Of a stretch of DNA of 64,000 nucleotides, positions 13,011 to 23,122 are shown one piece after another. The notes under the pieces are model-generated. The model was not told where the DNA came from. It saw nothing but the letters and a program-made list of their open reading frames with translations, and made no database searches. This stretch comes from Leucoraja erinacea. Taxonomy: Eukaryota. The stretch lies in NCBI RefSeq assembly GCF_028641065.1, contig NW_026576860.1, positions 1 through 64,000 on the forward strand. The letters are read 5' to 3'. Position numbers and translations under genes: made by a program. Every line of letters starts with the position of its first letter. Within the stretch, counting starts at the first letter, position 1.

Positions 13011-13427
13011 GCTTTTTCAGCCAATTGATCTGTATGTTATTCACCATGCTCTGAAGTCTCTGGGCATTTTGTTGGAAAGAGTTTGTATATTTGTCTACTA
13101 TCTATATTGTGTTTGAACTGTGGATTGAAAATAAAAACATTTGTATATTTTTCTGTCTATATTGTGTTTGCACTGTGAATTGAAAATAAAAACCATTTGG
13201 TATTGTTATAAAGCGTTTTGTAAATTTGTTTCTCTTGGGTTTTAAAATGGTTGCACCGGTTTTCAGGTAACTAAAGCATGATGTCTATTGTGTTTGAAAT
13301 GGTGATGTAAATTGAAATGCATTTGTTGCAACGTTTTCAGGCGAGTAATGCGCGAAAGAAGCTTTTTTATTTCGATCAAACTGTTTAAATTTAAAATTGG
13401 CGGACATTTTGTGATTTTGGCGGTTTG

Positions 13428-13546
13428 AAGATGGCGGCAATGACGTCATTTCCAATGAATGGTAAGATGGCGACGATCACTTCATTTCCGGCGATCGGTA
13501 AGATGGCGGCGATTACGTAATTTCCGGTCGGAGGCAAGATGGCGCT
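13428..13546 (+). promoter_or_regulatory. ~36-bp repeated module with YY1 (AAGATGGCG), CRE-like (TGACGTCA) and ETS-like (ATTTCCGG) motifs
   Basis: Four AAGATGGCG copies; related module at 24151-24235 and, reversed, at 41958-42000. Confidence 0.5.
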
Positions 13547-13846
13547 GAAGACGCGCACGAGGTGTTAGATAATGTTACAGAGCTGGTGAGTGTTTGGCAA
13601 TTTTGTTTCAGCAAAATCTGCAATTGTGAATGTGTGTATAATAAAAGGAGGAATTGTGTCCGGAAAGTAATACGGGTGTGTTGGAGATTTATATTGTAGC
13701 ACAAACAGTATTGATTTGTGTTTCATTTTGCACAGTTTATAGCCGATTATGTAAGCCCCCCCCCCCCCCCCCCCCCCCCCCCCCGCCACAGACTATCGCT
13801 GAAGCTGCTGGCTAATGGTGCCTGCAGCGACAAAGACACACGAAAG

Positions 13847-13849
<3 letters not shown>

Positions 13850-13886
<37 letters not shown>

Positions 13887-14112
13887 GCGCCACAATGGAC
13901 TGGCAGGCAATAAATGTACAGAGATATGTTTGAATGTGAATATATATGTGTGTGTGTGAATATGTGTGTGTGTGTGTGTGTGAGAATATGTGTGTGTGTG
14001 AATATGTATGTGCGAATATATATGTGTGTGTGTGTGTTTGAATATATATGTGTGCGAATATATATATGTGTGTGAGAATATATATGTGTGTTTGCGTGAG
14101 TGTGTGTGTGAA
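13850..14112. repeat. (AG)n and (TG/TA)n microsatellite block inside Helitron
   Basis: Directly visible. Confidence 0.9.
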
Positions 14113-14776
14113 TAGGGGGTTGCACGTAAGGTCACAAGGTAATAGGACTTGACGCACGGAGCCGCTCAAACCATCTGAAGACATCCGTCACTTCCAGTAT
14201 ATGTTATTAATGCAAGAAACGCGTACTTTCCTATCTGTTAAAAAACCGCCAAAATGTTGAATTTGTGCTCTGAAAAAAAATGTGGAAGTTGGAGTAAGTG
14301 TGAGAGACATGTACCCAACATTAGAATTCCAAACGTGAAATGAAATTAAGGTAAAGGGATGCGAGAATTGAAGGGACATCAGCAGCTAAAGTGCTTGGTA
14401 AAGATTGGCTGTGCAGATATCGTAATTGAAAATATTGGAATTATCGTGTTTGCTCACTGCATTTCATCAATAGTAAGGCATTATTCGTGTTTTTTTTTGA
14501 TTCCTTTGGTATTTAAAAATTCTCAGAAGTGATAAATCTGGCTGTAAATTTTTCTTCAGATGCGTTTTCATTTTGTACGTAAAAACCCACTTGAGAACCA
14601 TGGGCGATTTATTAAAAAAAAAATACAGCCAGATTTATCACTTCTGAAACTTTTTGATGTCAAAGGAATCAAGAAAAAACACAAATAATGCTTTAGTGTT
14701 GATGAAATGTAGTGAGCAAACAGCCAATGTTCGCTAAGCACTCTGTTTATTGTCCCTTCAGCTCTCACTTCTATCT

Positions 14777-15400
14777 AGATTCAGATTCAGATTCAGATTC
14801 AATTTTAATTGTCATTGTAAGTGTACAGTACAGAGACAACGAAATGCATTTAGCATCTCCCTTGAAGAGCGACATAGCAAACGATTTGAATAAAAAATAA
14901 ATAATAATAGGTGCGGGGGGGGGGGGGTGATTGGCAGTCACCGAGGTACGTTGTTTAGTAGAGTGACAGCGGCCGGAAAGAAGCTGTTCCTCGACCTGCT
15001 GGTTCGGCAACGGAGAGACCTGTAGCGCCTCCCGGATGGTAGGAGGGTAAACAGTCCATGGTTGGGGTGAGAGCAGTCCTTGGCGATGCTGAGCGCCCTC
15101 CGCAGACAGCGCTTGGTTTGGACAGACTCAATGGAGGGGAGCGTGGAACCGGTGATGCGTTGGGCAATTTTCACCACCCTCTGCAATGCCTTCCGGTCGG
15201 AGACAGAGCAGTTGCCATACCATACTGTGATGCAGTTGGTAAGGATGCTCTCGATGGTGCAGCGGTAGAAGTTCACCAGGATCTGACGAGACAGATGGAC
15301 CTTCTTCAGTCTCCTCAGGAAGAAGAGACGCTGATGAGCCTTCTTGATCAGAGTAGAGGTATTGTGGGTCCAAGAGAGGTCATCGGAGATGTTGACTCCC
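14777..15400 (-). mobile_element. 5'-truncated Rex1/Babar-type LINE nested in Helitron copy 1
   Basis: ORF 14938..15426 reads GVNISDDLSW...KKAHQRLFFLRRLK...FYRCTIESILT...WYGNC; (CTGAAT)n tail; empty site in copy 2 at ~26440. Confidence 0.9.
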
Positions 15401-16069
15401 TGTCTACTGACATTATCTACTGTCATTATCTACTGACATATCTACTGTCATTTCTCCTCACTTTTGGAATTCTGAAGTTGGCTAAATGTCTCACATGCTC
15501 ATCCCGATATCCATAATTATTTGCAGCTCAAAAATGGACATATTCAGCGGGTTTTAACGGATCCGCTACGTTCAGGTTCAGATTCAGATTCAGTTTCAAC
15601 TTTAATTGTCGTTGTCCGTGTACAGTAAACAGAGACAACGAAATTCGGTTAGCATCTCCCTGGAACATGGAGTTGGAAACGATGGTAAGTGCCTACCTGC
15701 AGTACATCGCGTGTAATCCATTTGGTGTAGCGTAGCAACAGTACGGGTCATGGGTCGTGACCCNNNNNNNNNNNNNNNNNNNNNNNNNNNNNNNNNNNNN
15801 NNNNNNNNNNNNNNNNNNNNNNNNNNNNNNNNNNNNNNNNNNNNNNNNNNNNNNNNNNNNNNNNNNNNNNNNNNNNNNNNNNNNNNNNNNNNNNNNNNNN
15901 NNNNNNNNNNNNNNNNNNNNNNNNNNNNNNNNNNNNNNNNNNNNNNNNNNNNNNNNNNNNNNNNNNNNNNNNNNNNNNNTGAGTGAATATGTGTGAGCGA
16001 TTATATGTGTGTGTGTGCATATGTGTGTGAGTTCATGTGAATATATATGTGTGTTTGAAATAATATAAT

Positions 16070-17175
16070 ATTTTGTAGTTCAGAGCTTATTTGTTAAGTT
16101 TAATAGTGTGATGGCTGTCAGGAAGAAGCTGTTCCTCAATGTAGATGTTACAGTTTTCAGTTTACATAAGTCGGACGTGACTCCAGAAGTCGGGCATCAG
16201 TCAGTCCACAAGCTGTGAGAGTCAGTCCAAAGGCCATGAGTTAATCCCAGGGCAGTGAGTCCACACGTCATGAGTAAATCGCTCACTGCCCCCTCTACTC
16301 CACTGACACCTCAAGACGCTGCCCTCCGCCTGGCTATAGGATGCACCCCCTACTGAAGCCGTCCACATCCCTTGCATGAGGACACCCCATCCCCTTCTCA
16401 TCAGTTCACGACAACCCCCGCCTGAAGCTGCCCTTGGCTGCACGACATTTACCACCCATAGGGCAGTGTCTTGAGGTGGGGGATGAGTCCGTATATATGT
16501 GTGTGTGATTAAGTCTGTGTGTGTGAGTGAGTCCGTGTGTGTGTGTGATTGAGTTTGTGTGTGCGTGAATGAGTCTGTTTGCGAATATGTGTATGAGAAT
16601 GTGTGAATATGTGTGAGAATGTGTCTGTGTGTGAATATGTGCGTGTATGTGTGTGTGTCTGAGTGTGTATGAATATATGTGTGTGTGTACGTATGAGTGA
16701 ATGTGTGTGAGTGAATGTGTGTGTATGAATATATGTGTGAGTGCGTGTGAATATATATGTGTGTGTGTGAAACAATAGTATATCGTAGTTCAGAGATTAT
16801 TTGTTAAGTTTATTAGCGTGATGGCTGTCAGGAAGAAGCTGTTCCTCAATGTAGATGTTACCGTTTTCAGTTTACAAAAGTCGGATGTGACTCCAGAAGT
16901 TGGGCGTCAGTCAGTCCACAAGCCGTGAGAGTCAATCAGTCTAAAGGGCATGAGTCAATCCCAAGGCAGTGAGTGAGTCCACAGATAATGAGTAAATCGC
17001 TCACTGCCCCCTCTCCTCCACTGACATGCCCCACATCCGCCTGGCAATAGATGCACCCCCTACTGAAGCCGCCCTCATCCCCTGCATGAGCCCTCCCCCA
17101 CACATTTCTCATCAGCTCACGAGAACCCCCACCAGAAACTGTGCCCCTCCCTTGGCTGCACGATGTTTACCACCC
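16070..17175 (+). repeat. ~390-bp internal direct duplication of the Helitron (16070-16460 / 16780-17175) separated by a (TG)n-rich tract
   Basis: GTAGTTCAGAG...TTGGCTGCACGA occurs twice; same arrangement in copies 2 and 3. Confidence 0.88.
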
Positions 17176-17292
17176 CCCCCCCACCCCACCCTGAGAGCCC
17201 CTACCTCAAAAAAAATGTTTTCCACAAAATCTTCAGTGTTCATTAACAACTGACATTGTCTTTGGGCTGCTTTATGAACATCATGTCAGGAA

Positions 17293-17565
17293 ATGTTATG
17301 TGATGTGGCTATTGCTGTAGTATCCTCTAGGATAGCAGCTACATTTCTGCCTGGTGGAAGAACGACACATTCTCGATTCCAAATATCCATCCAAGTGGCC
17401 GAGGATACATTGTGCAACATCGAGAAGAACTCTGAGACGGCACATTTCACGAGGCAAGTGAAAGTCATTGTTTGGGATGAATGTCCAATGATTAGGAGAG
17501 AATGCTTTGAAGTTGTGGACAGAACTCTTCCAGATGTCTTCAGCAACACCAAGCATATTGGTGCC
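17293..17565 (+). pseudogene. Helitron Pif1-family (SF1) helicase remnant
   Basis: AVVSSRIAATFLPGGRTTHSRF (motifs Ia/Ib) and IVWDECPM (Walker B), followed by VDRTL. Confidence 0.92.
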
Positions 17566-18616
17566 CCCCTGCCAGTACAGGCCTCAGTGACTGAGCTGTC
17601 CGCCCAAAAATCCATTCCGCCAACAAACTCCATACTAGCCCTCTGGAAACCAGTACCTTTGGCCCAACATACTAGCTCAACAGAAATATGAAGGGAAATG
17701 TCAAAGGTTTCCTGAAGGATGGAACATCGCCCAAGAATGTTGTCATTAATAGCGTGCTTCGTTGAATGATGACTTCTGAGGTAAATTCTCAGATTTTCCT
17801 TCTTAAAATCTGACCGCTGGCTTTCTCTATATTAAAATTGTCTCTTTTTATCAACAGGAAATAGTCATCAAGAGGCAGTGAACAGCAGAACACAACAAGA
17901 CGCAACAAGACACAACAAGTAAAAATTTAATAAATCTCATCTTTAAAATTTAAATTGTTCTTATATTTTAAGAGTCATTCACATTTTAAACTTTAATAAA
18001 ACCTTTTTACACTTTTAATGCCGTGTGTTCTTCATCACAATAGAACCTAATAGGCAGGAATGGCTGCTCTGTGGGAGAGCCACTAAGAGTGCATGGGGGG
18101 GAGATTGTTTGGAGATGCACTGAATGTGTGGGTGGGAGGGGAATGGCAAGGAGCAGAGTGGGGGGGGGTGAAGGTAGGTGGGGTGACTGAGTGAACTGCC
18201 AGCGTACCAGGCGTGAGTGACTGCACTGCCAGCCCACGAGCCGTGAGTTAGTGAACTGCCAGCCCAATAATCCATTAAGTCCACACTCTCCCCCTTCTCT
18301 CTATTACTGTCTGTCACCTGTTTTGGGCTCAATTTCTGGCAGTTTCTCAGCCGCCAGCCTGCCAGGTCAGAGTGATTGTACTGCCAGGCCTCAGTGATTG
18401 AGCTGCCAGCCCAAAAATCTATTTGGTCCGCAAACTCCATTCTAGCCCTCTGGTAATCAGTACCTTCGGCCCACAACGCTCATACTAGCGCAACAGAAAT
18501 CCCCCCTCCCACTGGCCAGCAATATTGGAATTGCTGCAGAGGTGGAATATTGTATTGGGTGTCCTGCCCTCCTGTGTGATGCTGGGACCCAAAGGGTCCC
18601 ACTTAGACTAGTATGT

Positions 18617-18619
<3 letters not shown>

Positions 18620-18651
<32 letters not shown>

Positions 18652-19361
18652 TTTATTTGTTAAGCACTTTAAAATCAACCAAAGCTGACCAAAGTGTTGT
18701 ACAGAAAAAAAAGCAAGACATCATAAAACAGGCAGGATAACAGAACATACAGCCAACATGAGGCGCATAAATTACATACGAAATTCAACAATAAATTAAA
18801 AGACATAAAACATGAGTATGAACCATGCAGTAAAATTAAGCAAATAAAGTTAACACATATGTCGACACCTTACTGATCTACAAAGGCCACGGAGAATAGA
18901 TGTGTCTTCAGGAGTGATTTAAAAACAGCTAGAGAATGGGCCTGTTTAACGTGTAGAGGCAATTCATTCCATAATATCGGTGCTGACACAGCAAAGGCAC
19001 GGTCCCCTCTGAGCTTCCGCTTAGTTTTAGGCCCACTCAGGAGCAGCTGATCATCTGACATGAGAGAGCGGGTGGATGTATAAGGGTGAAGAAGCTCAGA
19101 TAGGTAGGACGGGGCAAGACCATTTAGAGATTTAAAAACAAATTAAATATTTTTTAAATGAATCCTATACTGAACAGGCAGCCATTGGAGTGAGGCTAAA
19201 ATGTGTGAAACGTGATCATGTTTTCGTGTGCCAGTTAAGAGATGAACAGCTGCATTCTGTACCATCTGGAGATGGGCGATGGAGGACCGACTAACCCCCA
19301 TATACAGTGCATTGCAGTAATTCAGCCGGGTGGTAACAACGGCATGGATTACCATCTCAAA

Positions 19362-19364
<3 letters not shown>
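18620..19364 (-). mobile_element. L2 LINE 3' fragment with (TAA)n tail
   Basis: IHAVVTTRLNYCNAL...LQMVQNAA..LLTG...LQWLPV and GDRAFAVSAPILWNELP...FKSLLKTHLF. Confidence 0.9.

Positions 19365-19403
<39 letters not shown>
19365..19403. repeat. (TA)n microsatellite
   Basis: Directly visible. Confidence 0.95.
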
Positions 19404-19408
<5 letters not shown>

Positions 19409-19500
19409 TTGGGCACGGATTAATCGGATCGCGCACGGCCACCGAGGTTCATCCGTTCCCCAAAGCCACTGAGCTCGATAGTCAGCGGCTTAAACACATT

Positions 19501-19628
19501 AGTCTGAAGAAGGGTCTCGATCCGAAACGTCACCCACTCCTTCTCTCCAGTGATGCTGCCTGTCCCGCAGAGTGACTCCACCATTTTGTGTCTACCTTCG
19601 GTTTAAACCAGCATCTGCAGTTCCTTCA
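19501..19628 (+). mobile_element. Penelope-like terminal repeat with minimal hammerhead ribozyme motif
   Basis: CTGAAGA(19504)-A-GGGTCTCGATCC-GAAA-CGTC: hammerhead core, stem II, GAAA and GUC triplet. Confidence 0.7.
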
Positions 19629-19915
19629 TGCAGCTGAAACCAAGGTTTCTTTGGTGGAAGACGACTAACACGCGGGATACGGACGAGGACATTTCGACCA
19701 GCTAGCGAGTGAGATGAAGAGAAACAGGATGATTACAAACGGCCTCTAGAACGACATAGGTTACTATAAAGCTGGGAAAGGAAAGACGAACGGACACATG
19801 ACATGAGCAGCAGCGAGACTGCTAATCCCAAATGGGAACATAGGTTAAAGTTATATCAGAACGCGGAGCACATGGTACAAAGCTTCAACACGTTGAACAA
19901 GGTGAAAGGATTTAC

Positions 19916-19985
19916 CAGGAATTCCAAACGCCGCCAGAATCGGATAGGCAATCTCCTTCATGTACAGAATCGGAGCCCGCTCCAT
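19916..19985 (-). pseudogene. Orphan exon 1 of a GPR139/142-like GPCR paralogue
   Basis: 70-bp exon encoding MERAPILYMKEIAYPILAAFGIP + G|GTAAAT donor; same length as and highly similar to 32109-32178. No exon 2 was recognised downstream in the window. Confidence 0.8.
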
Positions 19986-22194
19986 TCTGGAAGTATTTCA
20001 GCAGCATTATCGGTTGACACAATGGAGCAAGAATAGTGGTACCGATCCTCAGTAATACTCGCTGAAATCCACTGCTGGGAACGAGCCATTACATTAGTGA
20101 CAGGTTCTTTAACAAACATGTTTTTTTCCCCACACAATTAATTTAATTTCAACAATCTCACAGAGGAGATGGGGGGGGGGGGGGGGCGATGAATTCAGTG
20201 CAACGAGTAGTGTAGGTTACAGGCGCATTTCTGCTACTTTTCTGAATCCAAAATTCAGTGTAATGGACTTCTGCTGTGGCGGGAATCGCTTCATTCACAG
20301 GGCAACGGGCCTGTTGGAGATTTAGGGATTGAACACATGGAAGCCTAAAATAAAAAATATCCGAAGCAGAGACGGGTAAAAGCTCTGAAATGTAAATTGC
20401 TAAATGGAAAGGTTATAAAGTGAAAGGAGGAAAGTTTAAATTAGATTTTCCAGTACAGTTATTCTTTATGTGCCTGGATGCGCGCCTTGGGCAGTTGGTA
20501 GATGTAGATCCCATGGCAACATTTAGGAGGGATTTAACCGCACGTGTACAGGCAGACAATGGAGGTGCACACATCGTATGCACCCAGATAAGACCAGAGG
20601 CGCTGACATCATAATCGGCGCAGACATGGTGGGCGGTATTTCTTCCAACCCTGAACTGATTAGGTTCACGATGGGCCAGCAAACCGAAGGACTTGAGGGG
20701 AGCTTATGTCTGTGGCATGAATGTAAACCAGGCCAAAGATGTTCAGACAGATGTGGGGAAAACCGTGCACATATTTGGAATTGCACGCGCATGGCCACAA
20801 ATGGAAAATGAGGCTGGAGAACCGAACTGAAGTTTGCTATGAGGAGGACGTCGATGGTGCTTCAGGGATGAAATGCCACTATGGTCTATAATCCAGATGA
20901 AATGGATCTGCGAAGGATTGGTGTTTAATGGCAAATAGGCGCAATATTACGAGTAGCCTTTTAAAGTATTTTGACGACCTCAGTGTGTTGACCTGTTTCG
21001 TATGTTGGTGGTTTGAGGAAACGGGAGTCTCTCCCACTGTTGATGCCGCAAATGCATCAAAGAGCACACGACGAGCAGACAGTTCATCAACTTGTGGCTG
21101 AAGCAATGAAGCAAACTCTAACACGTTATCTCCCAGAATTAACGTGGAAACTATTGAACGGGTTAAAGTAAGAATATATCCGTTAGCAGCCCGCCAATGG
21201 TGGACTTGGCACCCACCCTGCCTCTTGAGAGAAAGGAGAGAGCGTGGTCTTCGACGGGAGACAAATGTCGGAGAGAGTGGACGAGCGCTCCGGCTGGAAG
21301 GGGAAGGAGGGGGTGTGGGGTTAGGGGTTCTAAAGAGGACGCGAGTCTCTGACGGCTCCCACTGTTCGAATGCCGATACTTTTCAACAAACATTAAAGAC
21401 GATTTGCTCAACAGGTCGTTGGTAGACGGAATATTTGACTTCAATCTGTGCATCCTGATGTCTGCCTGCATTGAGCTGAGGCTGGTGACTGAGAACTGGA
21501 TTTAAGGCTCCTGTAGTCAAAACGTTCCCTGCTCTGGGGCTCCGGTCTCGGTGCCTGATCAGAACACATCTGCTGGGCGAGGCGGCCATTGACAGGAAGG
21601 TGGTGAGCATCTCCCAAGGTATTGCGCCTGTACAGGGTTCAAACGCTTGATCTCGTCCTCCTCTCCAAATGTTTCTGCGAATCGTCAACATAGCTTGAAG
21701 ACCGCAGCCGTGACGCGACACCACTTCCTGTGGCTTGATGTCAAGTAGTCAACCCGCAGCAGAAAACAAAAGCGACCAAAACTCAACCATTGACGGGAAA
21801 TGAAGCCAACATTGGTAACAGGTCGGCCCGAGAAGATATCTCAGCGACAGAGAGAAGATAAGATCTAACCTTTACGGAAAACGTCGGTCTCCAAAAAACG
21901 GCTCCATGTTAAACTGCCTACAGACCGCGTGTGGAGATGAAACTGAGATAAACAAATGCACCAGAGGCCAATAACTAACCCTGGCATCTCCATGCGAAAC
22001 GCTGTCGTGCACTTTGATCTTCTTCACGCACTCCATGCACCGGTCCCACATACCCCAGCCTGTATATTCTGACCGCTGTAAAATAACTACCCGATATTTC
22101 GGAGAGTACAAATCAGCCAGATATCGCCTCCTGCACCCGCCGCTCCATTGAACTAATAATTTGTTTACTCATTTCCATCCAAATCCAGAACAAA

Positions 22195-23122
22195 AGGCAA
22201 TTAGGAAAGGGAAAATTGATTATGAAACAAAACTGACAGGGAACATAAAAACTGAACGCAAAACTTTTTATAGATATGTGAAGAGAAAACAATTAGTTAA
22301 AACAAATGTAGGTCCTTTGCAGTCAGAAACAGGTGAATTGGTCATGGGGAACAAGGACATGGCAGGCCAATTCAATAACTACTTTGGTTCTGTCTTCACT
22401 AAGGAAGACATAAATAATCTACCGGAAATAGCAGGGGATCGCGGGTCAAATGAGATGGAGGAACTGAGTGAAATCCAGGTTAGCCAGGAAGTGGTGTTAG
22501 GTAAATTGAATGGATTAAAGGCAGATACATCCCCAAGGCCAGATAGGCTGCATCCCAGAGTACTTAAGGAAGTAGCTCCAGAAATAGTGGATGCATTAGT
22601 GATAATTTTTCAAAACACTTTGGGTTCTGGAGTAGTTCCTGAAGATTGGAGGGTAGCTAATGTAACCCCACTTTTTAAAAAGGGAGGGAGAAGAAAACGG
22701 GGAATCACAGACCAGTTAGTCTACCATAGGCAGTGGGGAAACTGCTATAATCAGTTATGAAAGATGGGATAGCAGCACATTTGGAAAGTGGTGAAATCAT
22801 TGGACAACGTCAGCATAGATTCATGAAAGGTAAATCATGTCTGACAAATCTTATAGAATTTTTCGAGGATGTAAATTGTAGAGTGGATAAGGGATAACCG
22901 GTGGCAGTGTTATATCTGGACTTTCACAAGCCTTTCGACAAGGTCCCACATAAGAGATTAGTATACAAACTTAAAGCACACGGTATTGGGGGTTCAGTAT
23001 TTATGTGGATAATGAACTGGCTTGCAGACAGGAAGCAAAGAGTAGGAGTAAACGGATCCTTTTCACAATGACAGGCAATGACTAGTGGGGTACCGCATGG
23101 CTCAGTGCTGGGACCCCAGTTA
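22195..23122 (+). mobile_element. CR1 LINE ORF2 (RT N-half), interrupted by Helitron copy 2
   Basis: LHPRVLKEVA..IVDAL..IFQ...VPEDWRVANVTPLFKKG; downstream YLDF..FDKVPH and SGVP.GSVLGP; CR1 resumes at 29505-29740. Confidence 0.92.

Larger units (their letters stand above)
12680..18611 (+). mobile_element. Non-autonomous Helitron, copy 1 (both termini)
   Basis: Starts A|TCTATATTACTAAAA; ends with the hairpin GGGACCC-AAA-GGGTCCC about 7 nt before CTAG|T; no TSD; contains a Pif1-like helicase remnant. Confidence 0.92.

Noticed and set aside
17293-17691. Host PIF1 helicase gene
   Set aside because: Short fragment present in three copies inside Helitron termini.
20700-22190. ORFs of 80-160 aa in the duplicated arm (mirror 43950-45190)
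   Set aside because: No recognisable motifs or exon structure; their recurrence is explained by the duplication.
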